Source: Dipteris shenzhenensis (taxonomy: Eukaryota). From it: 64,000 nucleotides of DNA. This document shows positions 1-14,059 of the stretch, piece by piece. The stretch lies in assembly GCA_047967505.1 (NCBI GenBank), contig CM106538.1; one strand, written 5' to 3'. The position numbers and the translations under genes were made by a program. The notes under the pieces are model-generated. The model saw only the letters and a list, made by a program, of their open reading frames with translations, was not told where the DNA came from and searched no databases. Position 1 is the stretch's first letter, and every line of letters begins with the position of its first letter.

Positions 1-2
1 TA

Positions 3-191
3 GCACGGAATCCGGTCTTTCATGCAAAGACCAAACACATTGAGGTCAGGTACCATTTCATCAGGGAGGTACTTGAGGACAAGCGCATAGAGCTTGTCAA
101 GGTTCATACAGATGATAACCCTGCAGATATGCTGACGAAGAGTCTACCTAGTCAGCGGTTTGAGTATTGTCGTGTATTGATGGGCTATTGA
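3..191 (+). mobile_element. 3' end of Ty1/Copia pol (RNase H), followed by PPT and the start of a 3' LTR
   Basis: Frame from nt 3 reads ARNPVFHAKTKHIEVRYHFIRE...VHTDDNPADMLTKSL (Copia RNase H). Purine tract AAGTGGGAGG at 248-257, then TG at 259. The LTR appears cut off near ~300. Confidence 0.9.
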
Positions 192-340
192 TGGGCATTG
201 GATAGTATGCTCACTGGTTGTTCTCCCTTAAAGGCACATTGTCCTTTAAGTGGGAGGTTGTGGGGGTTAAAGGTCACTGTGCCTTAACCCCAGTTATGTA
301 CAATACTCAAACACATATATAAATGAATGAAAAAAGAAGA

Positions 341-3240
341 TTAGGGTGGTTCTGCACCCACCAAAAACTTGTGTGGCTCTCTGTCTCTCTCTCTCCCTCT
401 CTCTCCTTCTTCCATTCTTGCTTCCGTTGAGAGCACTCTCATCCGGCTCTTCAGTTCCCATTTGGTCCTATTAGCATCAGGGACATGCACAAAATAGTCA
501 CATCCAAAAACTCTGAAATGTGCAGCTGAAGGTTTCTTACCAAAAAAGGCATACAGTGGAGTCATTCCATTCACAGCCTTCGTGTAGCTACGATTCAGAA
601 TGTAAACTACCGTGTTACATGCTTCAGCCCAGAAAGCCTTTGGCAAATCTTTCCCTTTCATCATACTCCTGCCTATTTCGCAGATGACGTGCATCTTGCG
701 CTCTGCTACTCCATTTTTCTGTGGTATATGTAGCTACGATTCAGAATGTAAACTACCGTGTTACATGCTTCAGCCCAGAAAGCCTTTGGCAAATCTTTCC
801 CTTTCATCATACTCCTGCCCATTTCGCAGATGACGTGCATCTTGCGCTCTGCTACTCCATTTTGCTGTGGTATATGTGGCGGGGGTTTCTGCCTCTTGAT
901 CCCATGACTTTTGCAGTAACTTTCGAATTCACTTGATGTGAACTCTCCACCTCTGTTTGATCTCAACTTCTTCACCTTCCTCCCCATTTCTTTCTCGACC
1001 ATTACATGCCATTTTTTGAACTTACTAAAAGCTTCATCTTTAGTCTTCAGGAAGTATATCCATATCCTTCTACTGTAGTTGTCGAGATCAGCGTCATGAA
1101 GTAGTAGGAACCACCCAAAGCTTCCGCCCTCTCCATCTTTCCACAAAGGTCCATGTGAACAAGCTCTAGAGGAGCCTTTGCCCTGCTGGCCTCTTTAGAA
1201 AAGGGCTGCCGATGCTGCTTACCCATCATGCAAGCTTCACATACATCAGGCAGATCTGTAATCTCTGGTAGGTCTGCAATCATTTCACTTTTATGCATCT
1301 CTTGTAAAGAACTAAGGTTTAGATGACCAAACCTCTCATGCCATAGCTTAGTGTTGCTCACATTGGTTCGAGCACTGAAAGCTGAGAGTTCGTAGATGTT
1401 GTTGCGCCGTGTACCTTTACCAATGACCTTCCCTTAAAGATCCAAAATTTGTGTACAATTCTTATCGAATTGAACTTTGAGGTCCCAATCCGTGATCGCA
1501 AAAATGGACAACAAGTTCCTCTTGATATCTAGCACATAAAGAATATTGGACAACTGTTTTACAACTCCATCTTACTTAAGAGCAATCATACCTTTTTCTT
1601 TTGCTGGACATTTTGCATCATTGCCGACTGCTACCAGGATGTCATTGCCTACCGGATATAGAGAGGTATACCAATCCTTACGACTGGTCATGTGGTGCGA
1701 TGCACCACTTTCATTAATCCAAGGTTCATCTGTAGGTACATGAACTACCTCCGTGCAAATCTCCTCAATTGCTATGAATAGCTCTATTGGTACTGCCTGC
1801 GCGCTGTTGCTGGACTCTTTCTTTACTTCGTTCTTCTCATTTGCAATCTTCTTTTGGCACTCATTCTGCTTGTGCCCTGCCTTGTTGCAATAGAAGCACC
1901 CGATCTTGTTCTTTCTCTTTTTATCATTAGAAGAAGATGGGTTACCAGAGTCCTTACCCTTACCTTTCTTTGATCCAGCCGAGAAAGCCGAATCTTCTCC
2001 AGTCCTCGTCTTTTGACGCATCTCCTCATCCAGAAGCATTGAGCTGAAATCCTCAAAGTTGAGGGGCGGATTTCTGTTCTGCATATTCAACGCCATAACA
2101 AGACTGTCGTACTTTGGTGGGAGAATCTGTATGCACCTTCGTGCTAGATTCTCGCTGGTGATGGTGATGCCAATCGCAGTCATCTGATTGCGTAGATTCT
2201 TCATCCTGGTGATGAACTTCTCTGCCGTTTCAGACTCAGATAGTTTCTCATTCGTGAGTTGAGTCTCCAGATTCTGAATCCACGTCTGATTCGTGGTCTC
2301 ATACTAATTTATCAAGACCGTCCATGCCTCCTCCGTTGTGGTGACATGTTGAATTAACGCCATGACAGAATCACTTACACTACAGACAATAGAACACAAC
2401 GCATCTCATTTCTTCTTGTCCACGTGAGAATCTCATCCGCAGTTGGTACTATCTGGTGTCCTGCATTAGCTAGATTCGGTCTCGCGACCGGCTTCACATC
2501 CACCCCAGTAGCAATATCCCAAAGCTCGTATGCACTTAGGATGGTCTTCATATTGAACTTCCAGAGTGGATAATTAGTGCCGTCCAACTTTTCGCTTTCG
2601 CCAAATGGTGGGATTCGCAGTCTTGCGGACTGGGCCATCTCTCACAATTTGCTCGCAAACAGAAACACACTACCAAATCTTCTTGCTAGAGCCCAAGCTT
2701 TGATACTATGTAAGAAAACAATACAACGTCTATGCTCAACAGATAATAGGATCTTGTATGCAAGAGAGAAAAGCAGATAGTATGGAGAATAAAAAATTTG
2801 ACTACTGTAAAACTGAAATAATAGATGGCGCTGCCTCCCAACCGTGCGCTCCTATGTGAGAAGCTTCGATGGCATGCTGGAAACAGTAGAGTACGGAGAC
2901 TAGATGCTAAGGAATCAAGGTTGCTATAGTCAATGATGATGATGGGATTCATGGGCTTGCTCTTATATAGCCACCAGTCGTAGTCGATTAAACCCAATTG
3001 GATGACCGACCCAATCCACCCAAAACAATCGACTGGAGGTCAGTTTCAAAATAGGCCACCGACCACATGATAGAACCGTGGCGCAAAATAGAGCAACTAA
3101 CCTACGGACTCCGTTCGGCCCAGAGCCATCCGGGATCATCTGGGGCTCCAAACGGGCCCGGCAACCCGAGAGTGGGCTGCCTCAGGAAATGCTCCATCTA
3201 TCCTTAGTGCAGTCAGTCATGGGATGCCTTCCTGCTTTTT
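341..3240 (-). mobile_element. Truncated, degraded Ty1/Copia element (5' LTR, PBS, gag, protease, integrase; RT missing)
   Basis: Gag KLDGTNYPLWK, zinc knuckle CFYCNKAGHKQNEC, protease-like WINESGASHH, GAG-pre-integrase LWHERFGH..CEAC, integrase LVHMDLCG / SNRGGEF / QQNGVAERK. tRNA-Met-type PBS (TAGTATCAAAGC on -) next to LTR edge TGTAAG at 2709. Many stops and frameshifts. ~147-bp internal tandem duplication at ~584-875. Confidence 0.9.
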
Positions 3241-4140
3241 AATTCCCATTACAACCCATAGGAGCAAGAATAATCCATCATGCACAAGGCCTTTCTATGG
3301 ACTCCTTGGCTTTTGACCCATCAAACTTTACACATGGGCTTACCTACACAGCTTTGTCACGTGCATGAGACCTTGCAAGCTTGTCCATCCTGTGCCCCTT
3401 GGAAAACAAGCACATCAAGTGGATAAAATTGTGCTCGAAGAGATTGAGCACCTCAAAAACTCACATGTGGAAGCCATACAATATGACTTTGAGCGACCAT
3501 GCACAACCCATACTCCTTGCAATTGCTCAACACAAGATCATTCCACTCGCACAAGGTAGACATACTCTTGTCACAGTATCCTCTCAGCAACAATTCTTTG
3601 CTTGCAAGAGTTGCATATTAAGCGACATGACACAGCCAACATTTCAAGCTTTTAACACACATGGCCTAGGGCTAGCTACGTACCACAAAGAGTGGAACAC
3701 AATCCAACAATGTACAAGTTTCAACAAAGAGGGTGTTGAGTACTTGCTAACAACATGCAAGTCTTTTGTTTCAAATGACTTCGCAATAATCAACATTTAC
3801 AAATCACCTAAGGCAAATGCCAACATCCTCCTCCATGCATTTAAAGTCTTAATTAATAAATTGCGTCAAACTTCTCAACTTACATTGCCAGTGACTTCAA
3901 CATTTGTCACAACAAATCCACTCCAAGCTTAGCAAAACTTCGGCACTTCATGAACACTCAGAACATGGACCAACTAATTACACTACCAACAACACTCCAT
4001 GCATCCATAATTCCCACATTTGGGTACCAAAAAATTGCATGACACATGGCATACATGAAACAAATTATATCTCCTGGTCAAACCACTCACTCGTGTATAC
4101 TACACTTTACAAGAACAAACAGCTAGCACACACGAATCAT
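3240..4140 (+). mobile_element. Helitron/Helentron-like remnant: PIF1-type helicase C-terminus fused to an EEP/AP-endonuclease
   Basis: From 3243: FPLQPIGARIIHHAQGLSMD...HGLTYTALSRA (SF1/PIF1 motifs V-VI), then VDKIVLEEIEHL. EEP motifs follow in order across frameshifts: LNTRSFHSHKVDI (~3526), ILCLQE (~3593), IINIYKSP, IASDFN (~3885), SHIW, SWSNHSLVY (~4075). Confidence 0.75.
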
Positions 4141-6763
4141 CACGAAATCATGTCACTTGGGCAGGCCAAATGAATTTAATTCATCTTGGTGACATTCTAT
4201 TCATTGTTGAAGCTATCGATTTTATAAGTTTCCTTTGATTAAGTAGTTAACGTTGTAAGAATGCATATAACCTAAGTTTTGCTTGATTTAACATATAAAA
4301 TAGATAATTATTATTATCTACATATTTATCTTTTTTACATTAAATTTAATTGTATTAAATTTAACCTTATGGAATATTGATGAAATTATAAGTAAGATAA
4401 ACTTAACTAACTTGAGTTAAATTTAAATAAGTTACCTAGATCTAAATTTAACTAAGTTACCTAGATCTAGATGAATGAACTATGATTGATTAAATAGCAA
4501 GAAGACTTATCATGGATTTATTATGGATTTATTAAGTTGTGAATGAGAGATTAACATAATGTAAGAGTAAGCTAGCATAAGATTAACTAAATATTTCACT
4601 TAAGTGCATTGGTTATTAGGTTACTGATTGTTATTGGTTGGAAAAGTGAATTAGTTATTTCATGATTAGTATTTGGTCAAATTGAGATTCCAAGCTAGGA
4701 CATAAAAAAGATTTAGGGTTTAGAGGGATCTAAGACAAGGAGACAAATCTATATAACATACAATAGCCCGTCCTCTTCCTTGATTTGATCTTATTTGCAA
4801 GAAACAAGGAGAGGAGAAGAGAAGCAAAGTAAAGCAAAGAAATGCAAGTATTGCTTGTATCCCTTTCAATGTTTATTTGTTTTAATTTATATTACTTTGT
4901 ATCCCTTTCAATTTATATTTGTTTCTTTTCGTTTTGGGATTTGAAACACAGAATGTTTGAGAGATTTCACATGCGCACCACCTACAACTAGCCCTCCAAA
5001 GGGGGCTTAGGGAGGGGAAGGGAAGGATGAGGACAAGGTGGAGGGAAACCCCTTTTTAGACGGTTGGTTAGCCCATGTGGCCATGGCTAGGTGGACTACA
5101 GCTAACCCCTCTACAAGGGGGTTAGCGGAGCGAAGACGAGGGCAAGAGGAGAGAAGCAGTTGTGAAGGGATATCACATGGGATATTGCCAACCGTCTCCA
5201 GATAGGTTGGAGAGGATTTCATTCATGCATGTCTACGTTGTCCTCACAAATAGGATGAGAATAACATCATGACGTTGGTAAGCAAAAAATAGCATGAGAA
5301 TAACCTCATGAAATTACCACTAATACATTTTGTGATGATCTTTAGAATATCGATGATAATATGGCTTATATCAAAAAGCTGTCCAACTGTTATCATCATT
5401 AATAATATCAATACCATTGGCATATGGATGGATAATACTGACAATAGTACGACTTTTATCGACAATACTATTTCTTTGTTTCCAAAAGCTTTCTACTTAC
5501 AAAAATCTTGTGAGAGCTACAAGCACTCTTCAATCGGCAAGATTCTAATCCATAGCTCTTGCACCTAGCATGTTGGGGTAAGGTAAACCATAATCGAGTC
5601 ATGAGAGGATGGGAACGAGGGTGGTTGCAAAAGTCCTTAGTTATGCAATATCTAGCATATTGAGTTGAGGGTTTACCACAAATGCAAGCCAACGAATCCA
5701 ACTAGAGCAACTATATTCATGTATGGTGCTAGTGGTATTTGGAGAGATTGGATTAACACACGTCTATGCTTCCTAGATTTTTGTTTAAAAAGCCACAAGT
5801 AGAAAGAGAAGAAATAGACACGATGATACTGTAAGTGCAACAAGAGCACCATCAATAGCTAGGAGAAGTACTACACAAGTAATGAAACGGGCTTCAATTA
5901 GGAGGTAGATTACAAATGTAACTAAAAGCATAGAAGCCTTGCTCATTCATACTATCCACGATCAACCTATAACTGAGGGTGTTAATGATATGAATCAAAA
6001 TAATGCTCCACAATCACAAGTGGATGCAAAATCATCCCTACATTATGCTCATGAGAGTTCTAGTCAAGGTACAACTAGAGTCTCTATTGAAGGTTCTCAA
6101 GTAGCACAAAGGAGAGCACTAAATGTTGGGGGTTAAAAACATAAGTCTATCGGCCCAAATGGGAGTTTGCAACTAATTTGCACGACTAAGTTGAATGGAA
6201 ATGTAAATTCTGTCATGAGGAGAAATCTAGAGGCTCCCTCTTATTTGGTTCTATAAAGAAATCTATTGCACTTTGCCATATTCCAAGGGGATGAGCAAGC
6301 TTTTGTATGAGGCGTCCTTCCTCAAAATGCTGATCAAATGTTAGACTTTACTTATCTAGTGTCTCAACTATTCCCATGGGCCATGGCATTTTCCCATCCC
6401 CGTTTTCATCCCTTGGGGGCTTGGTCTTCTCTCCTTAACATAATATAAAGTGAGATTTCCCATGGGAATTCATTGGTAGTAACCAAACCCTTGTCACATG
6501 CATGCTTGGAATTTGAAACAACGCCTTGTACTCGAGATTCCTCTATAAGAGACTCTATTAGTACATTAGATGTATACATACTTTTGCTTGGATATCCAAA
6601 GAACAACCTCAAAGTATACAATACACCATACCTTGTTTCCTTACGTGCACGTAGCTTGTACAAATAAGAGTGAATCCCTTGGAGATTAAACGTGACTCAT
6701 CTTTCAATAAGATTTTTTTCTCACGTCTAAGGTATCATTGAGCTTTTAATATCCTGATGCTCA

Positions 6764-7163
6764 CAATTGTCTCTACCCGATACTTTATTGATCCTTCATG
6801 ATCTTACTACTCCGTTACGAGATGAGAACCATTGTTGGCACCATTGCATCATGTCCTTGTTCCATCTATTTATGCACTAGAGAGCTATGATTTTGCTCCA
6901 CCTACGCATTTGCCATAAGAGCAAATTTGCATATGTATACCTTAAATCTTAAATGAAGATGATGCTTGCAATTGTCTCTACTCAATACTCTATTGATCCT
7001 TCATGACCTTACTACTCCATTATGCTCTAATAGAGATAGAGGGATGAGAACCATTGTTGGCATCATTGCATCGTGTCATCTATTTATGAACTAGGGAGCT
7101 ATGATTTTGCTCCACCTACTCATTTACTATAAGAGCAAATGTGCATATGTACACCTTAAATCT
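6764..7163. repeat. ~200-bp tandem duplication
   Basis: CAATTGTCTCTAC...CCTTAAATCTT occurs at ~6764-6950 and again at ~6969-7163. Confidence 0.8.
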
Positions 7164-10100
7164 TTTGTAAAATGAGCAAAAGAATGAAGGAGAGACCTCT
7201 CTCCATTCCTCTATCTCCAATCTCTCACCTCTAGCTTGCATTGCTCAGAAGAGTGGCCTTACACCTGCAGGCTCTAGCCTTTTCACAGGGGCACTAGCGC
7301 TGAGAGCTGCAAGCTCACCTTAGAGGCCACAACATCAATGAGTTGGACTCCCCTTTCCTCTCCCCTAGCCTTTACAGCCACTGCCTGCTTCCTTTTTCCA
7401 TATGCCTAAGGTTAGGTCTGTGGAGTGATACCCTTCTAAGGCTCTAGGAAGAAAATGAGGACAAGAAGCCCACCCACAAAAACAGTGAAGGGATGGACGT
7501 AGCGGAGGAGGGCCGAAGCCTGCTGAGATGAAAGGAGGTAGCTAAAAGAAGCAAGATGCTCCTGAGCCTGCAGTGAGCCCACCCACAGCTTAAGTCCACC
7601 CCACAGCTCAAGTCTATGGAGCTGAATGCCCTTCACTTGGCAAGGTGTGAAAAAGTTCTGTTCCCTCTTGATAATTGTTTCTTGAGCTTTGCATCAATGG
7701 AATTCTTTGGAAGAGCAGTAAAGAGATTGAGAAAATCGTGTCTACCCTAGGTAAGGTTGAAACTGGAGGATTTGTCTTGCTAATCCTTTCTCCAAACGCG
7801 TCCCTAAGTTTTCCTTGCCGTTTCTTTTCAGGAGCCTCAGTTTTTTATAGATTAAGCAGAATTGAATTTGAGGCCAAAGAGTGGAGAGTGAGCTCCCAAA
7901 ACAACTCAAAGCAGAGAGTGAGCTCCCAACACAACTTAAGCTGGGGAGTCGGCAAAAATAGGGCTGACCAGTCGGCTATTATGACCAGGCCTTCGGCCTA
8001 TTAAAGGAGAGGCCCTGGGCCTCATAATTCATCCAACCATTCAGCAAGAGCAGGAGTGGACAGGAGCAGCCAGAAGCCACTCCCTTGGGCCTCACACTGG
8101 GGGTAAAGGAGAGTGGAAGGTGTGCTGCAGACTGAGTTCCCTAGAGGCTGGACCTTGGCTGTCTTCTAGGGCAGCAAGGTGTTGTGATCTGGACAGAAAG
8201 TCTCCTTACGCTCCAGGTGGAGCACGTGGGCTCGAGTCTAGAGATAACCGGAAGATAGAAGTACCTTGTGGTAAGATCAGAGGACCACACCATTAAGGGA
8301 CTCTGGATCTATCTCTTTTGTATTGTGTCCATAGCTTTGGACGATATATTATTTTGGTGGTTTCTATATCTGGCTGGTTCATTGTCTATTGATGAGTCTG
8401 CACATCTATCCTATGCACATAAGTTTACAAGGTTTGTGATTCCACACCCCACACCTCACTGTGTGAGTTCCTGGGCTATTCTATCAGTCTTCTGCTGTGT
8501 GTACCCTCTGTTGGTCGATTTCTAACAGAGCCTCCACTACAAGGATCATGTCAGTTCCTCAAGAAGGCTTTGATCTTCCTTGCCAAGTAGCTTGAGCTGA
8601 GTGATTCTTTGTCACTCGCAAGAAGTTGGACGTCTATTCAAATTCTTCATCACCTAGATGGCTCAGTATTCTCAAATTGGTGGTTTAACTTAATGGAGGG
8701 GGATCCCTAACCCGTCGTAGATGGGTCCTGTTGCTCGTAAGAGTAAAAGAGAAGCAAAACTTATGCTCATGTTGTCATAAGTACCCATGCATAAGTTGCC
8801 ATATGGGTTTTGAAAGGTTCTAAAATCTCAAATGATTGCTCTGATAGACAAAAAGGTGGTGAGGTATGATAACTTACGCAACCTGCTACTTGGTCGAACA
8901 CTAAACAAGAGGCCAGATTGAGCCCACAAAAGGAGGGGTTTTGGGGGTCCAAAGTAAGCAGAAAACACTATAAACAGCAAGCAACAAGTAATTTAAGAAA
9001 TCTGTACCCCTCGTCTCCAGCTGTATGCATTTTTACAAAGCCTAAAAAGACACAGTAACACATTGACACAGACTCTTCTCAGGGATGTTCCCCCTAATAC
9101 CCATATATGAGGCCTTCCTAAGCTTTTGTTCAAGTCCAGAGGCAGTATTATATATACCTTTGTAAGACTAAAATATGTCCAATCATACAAACTTAGATTT
9201 TTTGTTGTTCTTAAGACCAAAAATGTACACAGAAAATAAAAGTCCAGAGGCAGTATTATCCCTCTAATTGTATCACCTTCCCCACGAATAATAAGAACAG
9301 CTTCTCCGCTTCTCATCATGACGTAGACTCCTCAAAGACAAAAGTAAAATGACTTTTTAAACAATTTCATTTCTTTTTCTCTGCAGTATGATACTTCATG
9401 ATTTCTTCAACACCACAGCAGGACAAAACGCTACCTCATGTTTCCTAGTACCTTTGATGGATTCCAACCTTAGGAGTGATGCCAGCTGAGCCATCATTTA
9501 AAAACATTGCCTTTCTTTTGCTCCTGCAGTCCTCAACCCTTGCTACAAGAAGGGTTAAAAGAATATGCAAGTCAAATGCTGTGAATCACAACCTCTTGAC
9601 CATCTGTTATGAATTCAAAAGCCTCCAAGAGCTTCAGTGGGGTGGCTATAAGCTCTTCTTATGCACTCTTTATTGCTCTTCTCCCTGCTGGTGATCTGCA
9701 AGTCTGATGCACTTTCTGAATTCCATAGATAGGGCTTGGAAGCTCTGCAAATTGGCCAACCAGACTGTCTGTCTACTGACCCATTTTGGTCAAACGGGCT
9801 GACCAGACCCAACCCTGTACTGCCGACCTGCTTACTGACCAACCATTTCCAGGCTCACCAGATCCATCTCTTGCCCTGTATCTGTTGCTGGCCTCTATTG
9901 GAGGTCATTCCAGGGACTGCTCCTACCAGCCATCCAGCCATATTCCAGGGCCTTGTACAGCCCTCCATACGGCCCTTTTAAGCAGCCCTACAATCCATAC
10001 TTGGTGCTCACGTGGCAGCGTGCTTGCTGCCCACATGCAGCCTTCTTCTTTTTCCTCAGTCCAGGCCTGCTGCAAGTCATTTTCCTTCTGTCCTCCTCAT

Positions 10101-10930
10101 ATGGGGCTCACAGGAAGGGAGGTGACATCTAACCCCAAGAATCATTTCATCCTTCAAAAAAATATTTAGTAACAGTGTTACTGTTTCCAGTAATGTGATC
10201 CTTGCGCCATCCCTTGTTATCCAATTTTCCCAAAACCCCCTTAAATAAAATATTCATATACATAAAATGGCTATAGTTGGGGAGTGCGCCTCCATGTAAG
10301 TGCAAACTTGACAAATGGAATTTCCAAATTTTGTGCGTTTGAAAGTGCTATTTATACAAGCATACTGGACTAGACGATAAACAGTCTCATGAATACAGGA
10401 GGCTGTCCATGGTTTGGTTGGTTTAAACACCCATGAGCAATCTTCAAATCCACCATAACTGTAATAAACTAACCAATGTCCCAACCTGAAAAATGGTACA
10501 CAAAGGTATCCTCAGATACGGACATCCTCTATTCTTGAAATGAGTCCACAATATTACCATACTTCAATATACTTCAATGTCTTCAGTATACCCCCTGCAC
10601 CTCACTCCCCTACAACAACAATACCATACTTTTAACATCTTCAAGATGAGGACACGAGAGTCAGCCCTAACCCCCTTGCAGCCCCTACCCACACTCCTAT
10701 TCAAAGGGGGGGGGGGGGGGGGGGTATGTAAAAGAAGAAAGTCATCGATTGAGCTCTATAGTGAGCAACTTTCCGATGGCAAAATGTCTTAAAAGCAGAC
10801 ATAATGGAACTTGTTGGTTTCTTTGGTATGTACACAGTGGAAAACTGATTTGCAAAATCCTACAGTAGACCACCTTGTCCCAGAATATATATATTCTATG
10901 TTTTTGTTGGGTCACATAGCAGACACTAAT

Positions 10931-12045
10931 CTATGTGATAGTCACCCGAAACAACCAGAGGAGGATGAAAGTAACCACCATGCAGGCCAGGAAGAAATTG
11001 CAGAGAGACAAACTTTGCCAGCACCTTGATGGTGGCTCAGCCTGAGTACTGGCATCTCTATCATTCCATTGCTCCATGAAGCCTGTGTCTTCAGACCCAA
11101 CGACGTTTTGCACTGTTGCACCGCATATTTCACAAATCCTGTCATAAGAAAACTTAATCAAACCGTACGAACACTATTCCAAAGAGCTTTGAACTACCAG
11201 AACCTACAACCTCTCGTTCTCATCCCTTTGGGAGCGTGTTACCCACCTATTTTTCGTTTTTCTTGAGATTCTTGATCTTTCTTATGAGAGTCTAAGCCCC
11301 AATATTTTGAAGATGCATTTAGTGTTAAACGAAGCCACGCCTGGAAGGTTTCCAGGGCAAGGTCGTTGTCGGCGTCAACTCATATAGAAATTTCATGTGA
11401 AGGCTATATAAACGTTCTCAAGACACCTATAGTTAAAGATGAAAATTGTAAGGTTCCAGTGTCCTTGGAAATTTGGAAGTAAACTCGTACGAGTACTATA
11501 CACATTTGCTTTCTCATCTGGGCCAAGATCATCGGCCTTAGGGGAGGTTCACAACATGACAAACTACGATACAGCTGCCGGGCGAATGCATTGCGTTGGA
11601 AGTAAAAGATTTTGCACCTGTTTCCTCTGATTTTGAACCAGGCTTCGGCGCAATCTCGGTGAGCGATCGCCAGATCATCCTTGCAGTTGCAGCCCAACTG
11701 CATCGCTTCACTAGCACCCGGTTCGCTTTCGAAAACCAAATGGCAAACCCTGCATTTCTCATCCTCTTCGTTCTTGACGCTGCCTTGTCCCAAATCTAAG
11801 TCGAAAAGCTCAGCTTCAGCTACGCTGATCGCTTTCTCCAAGTCTAAGTGACTGTCAGGCAGGTCGTGAGGAGGGTCCCGTGTGCTCGATTTGGTAGCAC
11901 CGTGATCGGGGACTAAGGCTCCTGCATCATGAGCATGCGCAGATGCAGCTACGGCAGCTGCATGCTCGTCGTGGTGGTGAACGGAGGCTTCATTTCCAAG
12001 CTTGATTTGTGGTTCGCCAGCGGTGGGATCGGGAAGGCATGGCAT
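10931..12045 (-). CDS. RING-CH/RINGv (C4HC3) E3 ubiquitin ligase with C-terminal transmembrane helix; join(12045..11618,11138..10931), 211 aa
   Basis: CRVCHL..LGCNCKDDLAIAHRDCAEAWFKIRGNR|ICEICG is restored by a GT-AG intron at 11617..11139. Typical plant C-terminus FMEQWN..RCWQSLSLCNFFLACMVVTFILLWLF. First in-frame ATG is at 12045; an upstream exon cannot be excluded. Confidence 0.9.
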
Positions 12046-13158
12046 GGCGAGTGTTGTGGAAGAGGAGGCGTAAATGGGTCTGTCGTGAAAGCGCAACTGG
12101 TGCCGGAAGAATCGGTAACGAGCCAGAGCCTTTCAATCACTGGAGACTTTCAGCTGATGAGGAGCTAGGAGACAGCCTTTTTTTTGGATGTGGGCGAATG
12201 CGGCCAGCGCCGCTGGTCTTTGGCAGCTACTGCTGTGGGAGAGGGTACCGTTGCCGACAGCGAAGAGGAGCATGCTGCCACTTGTGAAGTCTGATGAGAA
12301 GGATTGGCGAGGCAAGACAAGTGCTATGTTTTACAGGGGCAGTTGAAGGTGAATCGTGAGTCTTTTTGGTGCTTTTGGTGAGGGGATTTACGTGCTGCAG
12401 AGGTTGAGAGAGCGGCTGCTGCATTGCTGTGTGAGATTGTGCGTGTCGTTGAGTGCAGTGGCTGGTGAAGGGCGGCACATCCAGACACACAACTCACACG
12501 TGCGTCTATAAAGGCATCCCTTTTGCTTGTCATGCACGCAATCACAATATCACATGCACATTCCCCCCATTAATTACGGTACGCCGCCTAAAGGGATGTT
12601 TGGCTTTCAAGAGCTCTCATCAACCCACTACGTTGATTTTCTCACGATCTAATGGTGTGGATTGGGAAAGCTTTGCTTTTTTTTATTTAATTGAGTGTAT
12701 GAGGAGCACATACACACGCTTTTGATGATAAATCTATATAAAGGTTCCAACTTTGCACAACTCGTTGTGATTGATGCATTGTCAAGCTCTTGTGAAGAAT
12801 ACCATAAGAAGAATTTGTGGGAGAAAGTGTCGCTCCAAACTCTCGTTGCTCAAAAATTCGAAGACCAAAGGCTGTGCCCGAACACATCTGCTCAGGTATG
12901 TCTCTTTTCTGCCGTTTCCATAGCTTTTTCTGTTCTTTCCCGAATCTGCCTTTGCGACCTTATCTTCGTTAGCTAGGATGCCGAGTTGGGCACGCACCTC
13001 ATGTATTCCAGCCAATGTATCACTTCATTGCAAACATGGCTCTGAGAGAGAGGTAGCTTGCTCCTCTTCTCATGATCAGGAATTCCATTGAGGAAAGGAA
13101 GGAAACGAGCTCAGGGCTAAGGAAAGAGAAAACTAGAGGCGGATCAGCGGGCAAGTAT

Positions 13159-13594
13159 ATGAACGGAGACTACCCAGGACCCCACCTCAAACCTTCATCC
13201 CCCCCACTGAGAAATCTTCCCTCCTTCCTACCAAAGCCCACCTCGATCACGTTCATGACGGATTCACTGAGAAATCTTCCCTCCTTCCTACCAAAGCCCA
13301 CCTCGATCACGTTCATGACGGATTCACTGACACTTCTTTCAGTAGCATTGTTTTCAATCTGACTCCCAGCGTCGTTGGTGCTAGAATTATGGGCCTTCCT
13401 TCGGCCATCAAGACGCTAGGATTGGTTCCTGGTCTCTTGATGATCGTGTTTGTTGGGTTGCTCGCAGACACTGGCATGGAGATGATGCTTAAATTCTCCA
13501 ATGCTGGCAAAGTCGTCTCCTATGGAGGACTCATGGTCGACTCCTTTGGGCACGTAAGACATATCCTCCTACAGTAGTGTGTATTGATAAATAG
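13159..13594 (+). pseudogene. AVT6: 5' fragment of an AVT6-like (Aa_trans) amino-acid transporter
   Basis: EKSSLLP..DGFTDTSFSSIVFNLTPSVVGARIMGLPSAIKTLGLVPGLLMIVFVGLL..SYGGLMVDSFG..LLQ*CVLIN. Frameshift in a C-run (~13200), exact 60-bp in-frame tandem duplication (~13206-13330), TAG at 13575. No downstream part of the gene was found. Confidence 0.8.
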
Positions 13595-14059
13595 CCGGAT
13601 TTCTACTACTAGCCTTGGTCGAAGATATCCCTTCAGACCAACTCACTTAAGCCGTTACTAGGCAGCGAAAACTCAATGCTTGGACACTCCCGAATGCTTT
13701 AATCCTGCATCTCAATAACCCTCTTCTGATTGCGAGTACAGAAACATGTAAAAAGTTGCCATATATAATCCACTAGAACAGCAACGATGCCCCATATCCT
13801 TAGCGAAAGGGAATCATAAGTATTAGTGTAGAAACGACGAACAAAATTTTAGACATTCACACGTTGGTTTGAGAGGAAATCAAAGATATAACTTGAGCTG
13901 GATTGCACTCGGATTCCTATTTAGTAGAACTCCTGAGACTTATGTGTGTGTGTGCACGCACTGGGGCTTCCCCAATACCGACCCTCCTCTCCTATCGTCC
14001 TATGGTAAACAATGTAGATAATTCTTGCTTTTAATAAATATTAACTATTTAGTTGAAAC

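Noticed and set aside
3241-3253. TTACA as the outer end of the Copia 5' LTR
   Set aside because: The same bases encode the helicase FPLQ motif, so the LTR boundary is ambiguous and probably truncated.
5230-6700. hAT transposase remnant (IWMDN, SCTxH, PTRAT)
   Set aside because: Motifs are too degenerate to support without a profile search.
7200-10200. Possible retroelement accessory ORFs
   Set aside because: No recognisable domain; ORFs are short and inconsistent.
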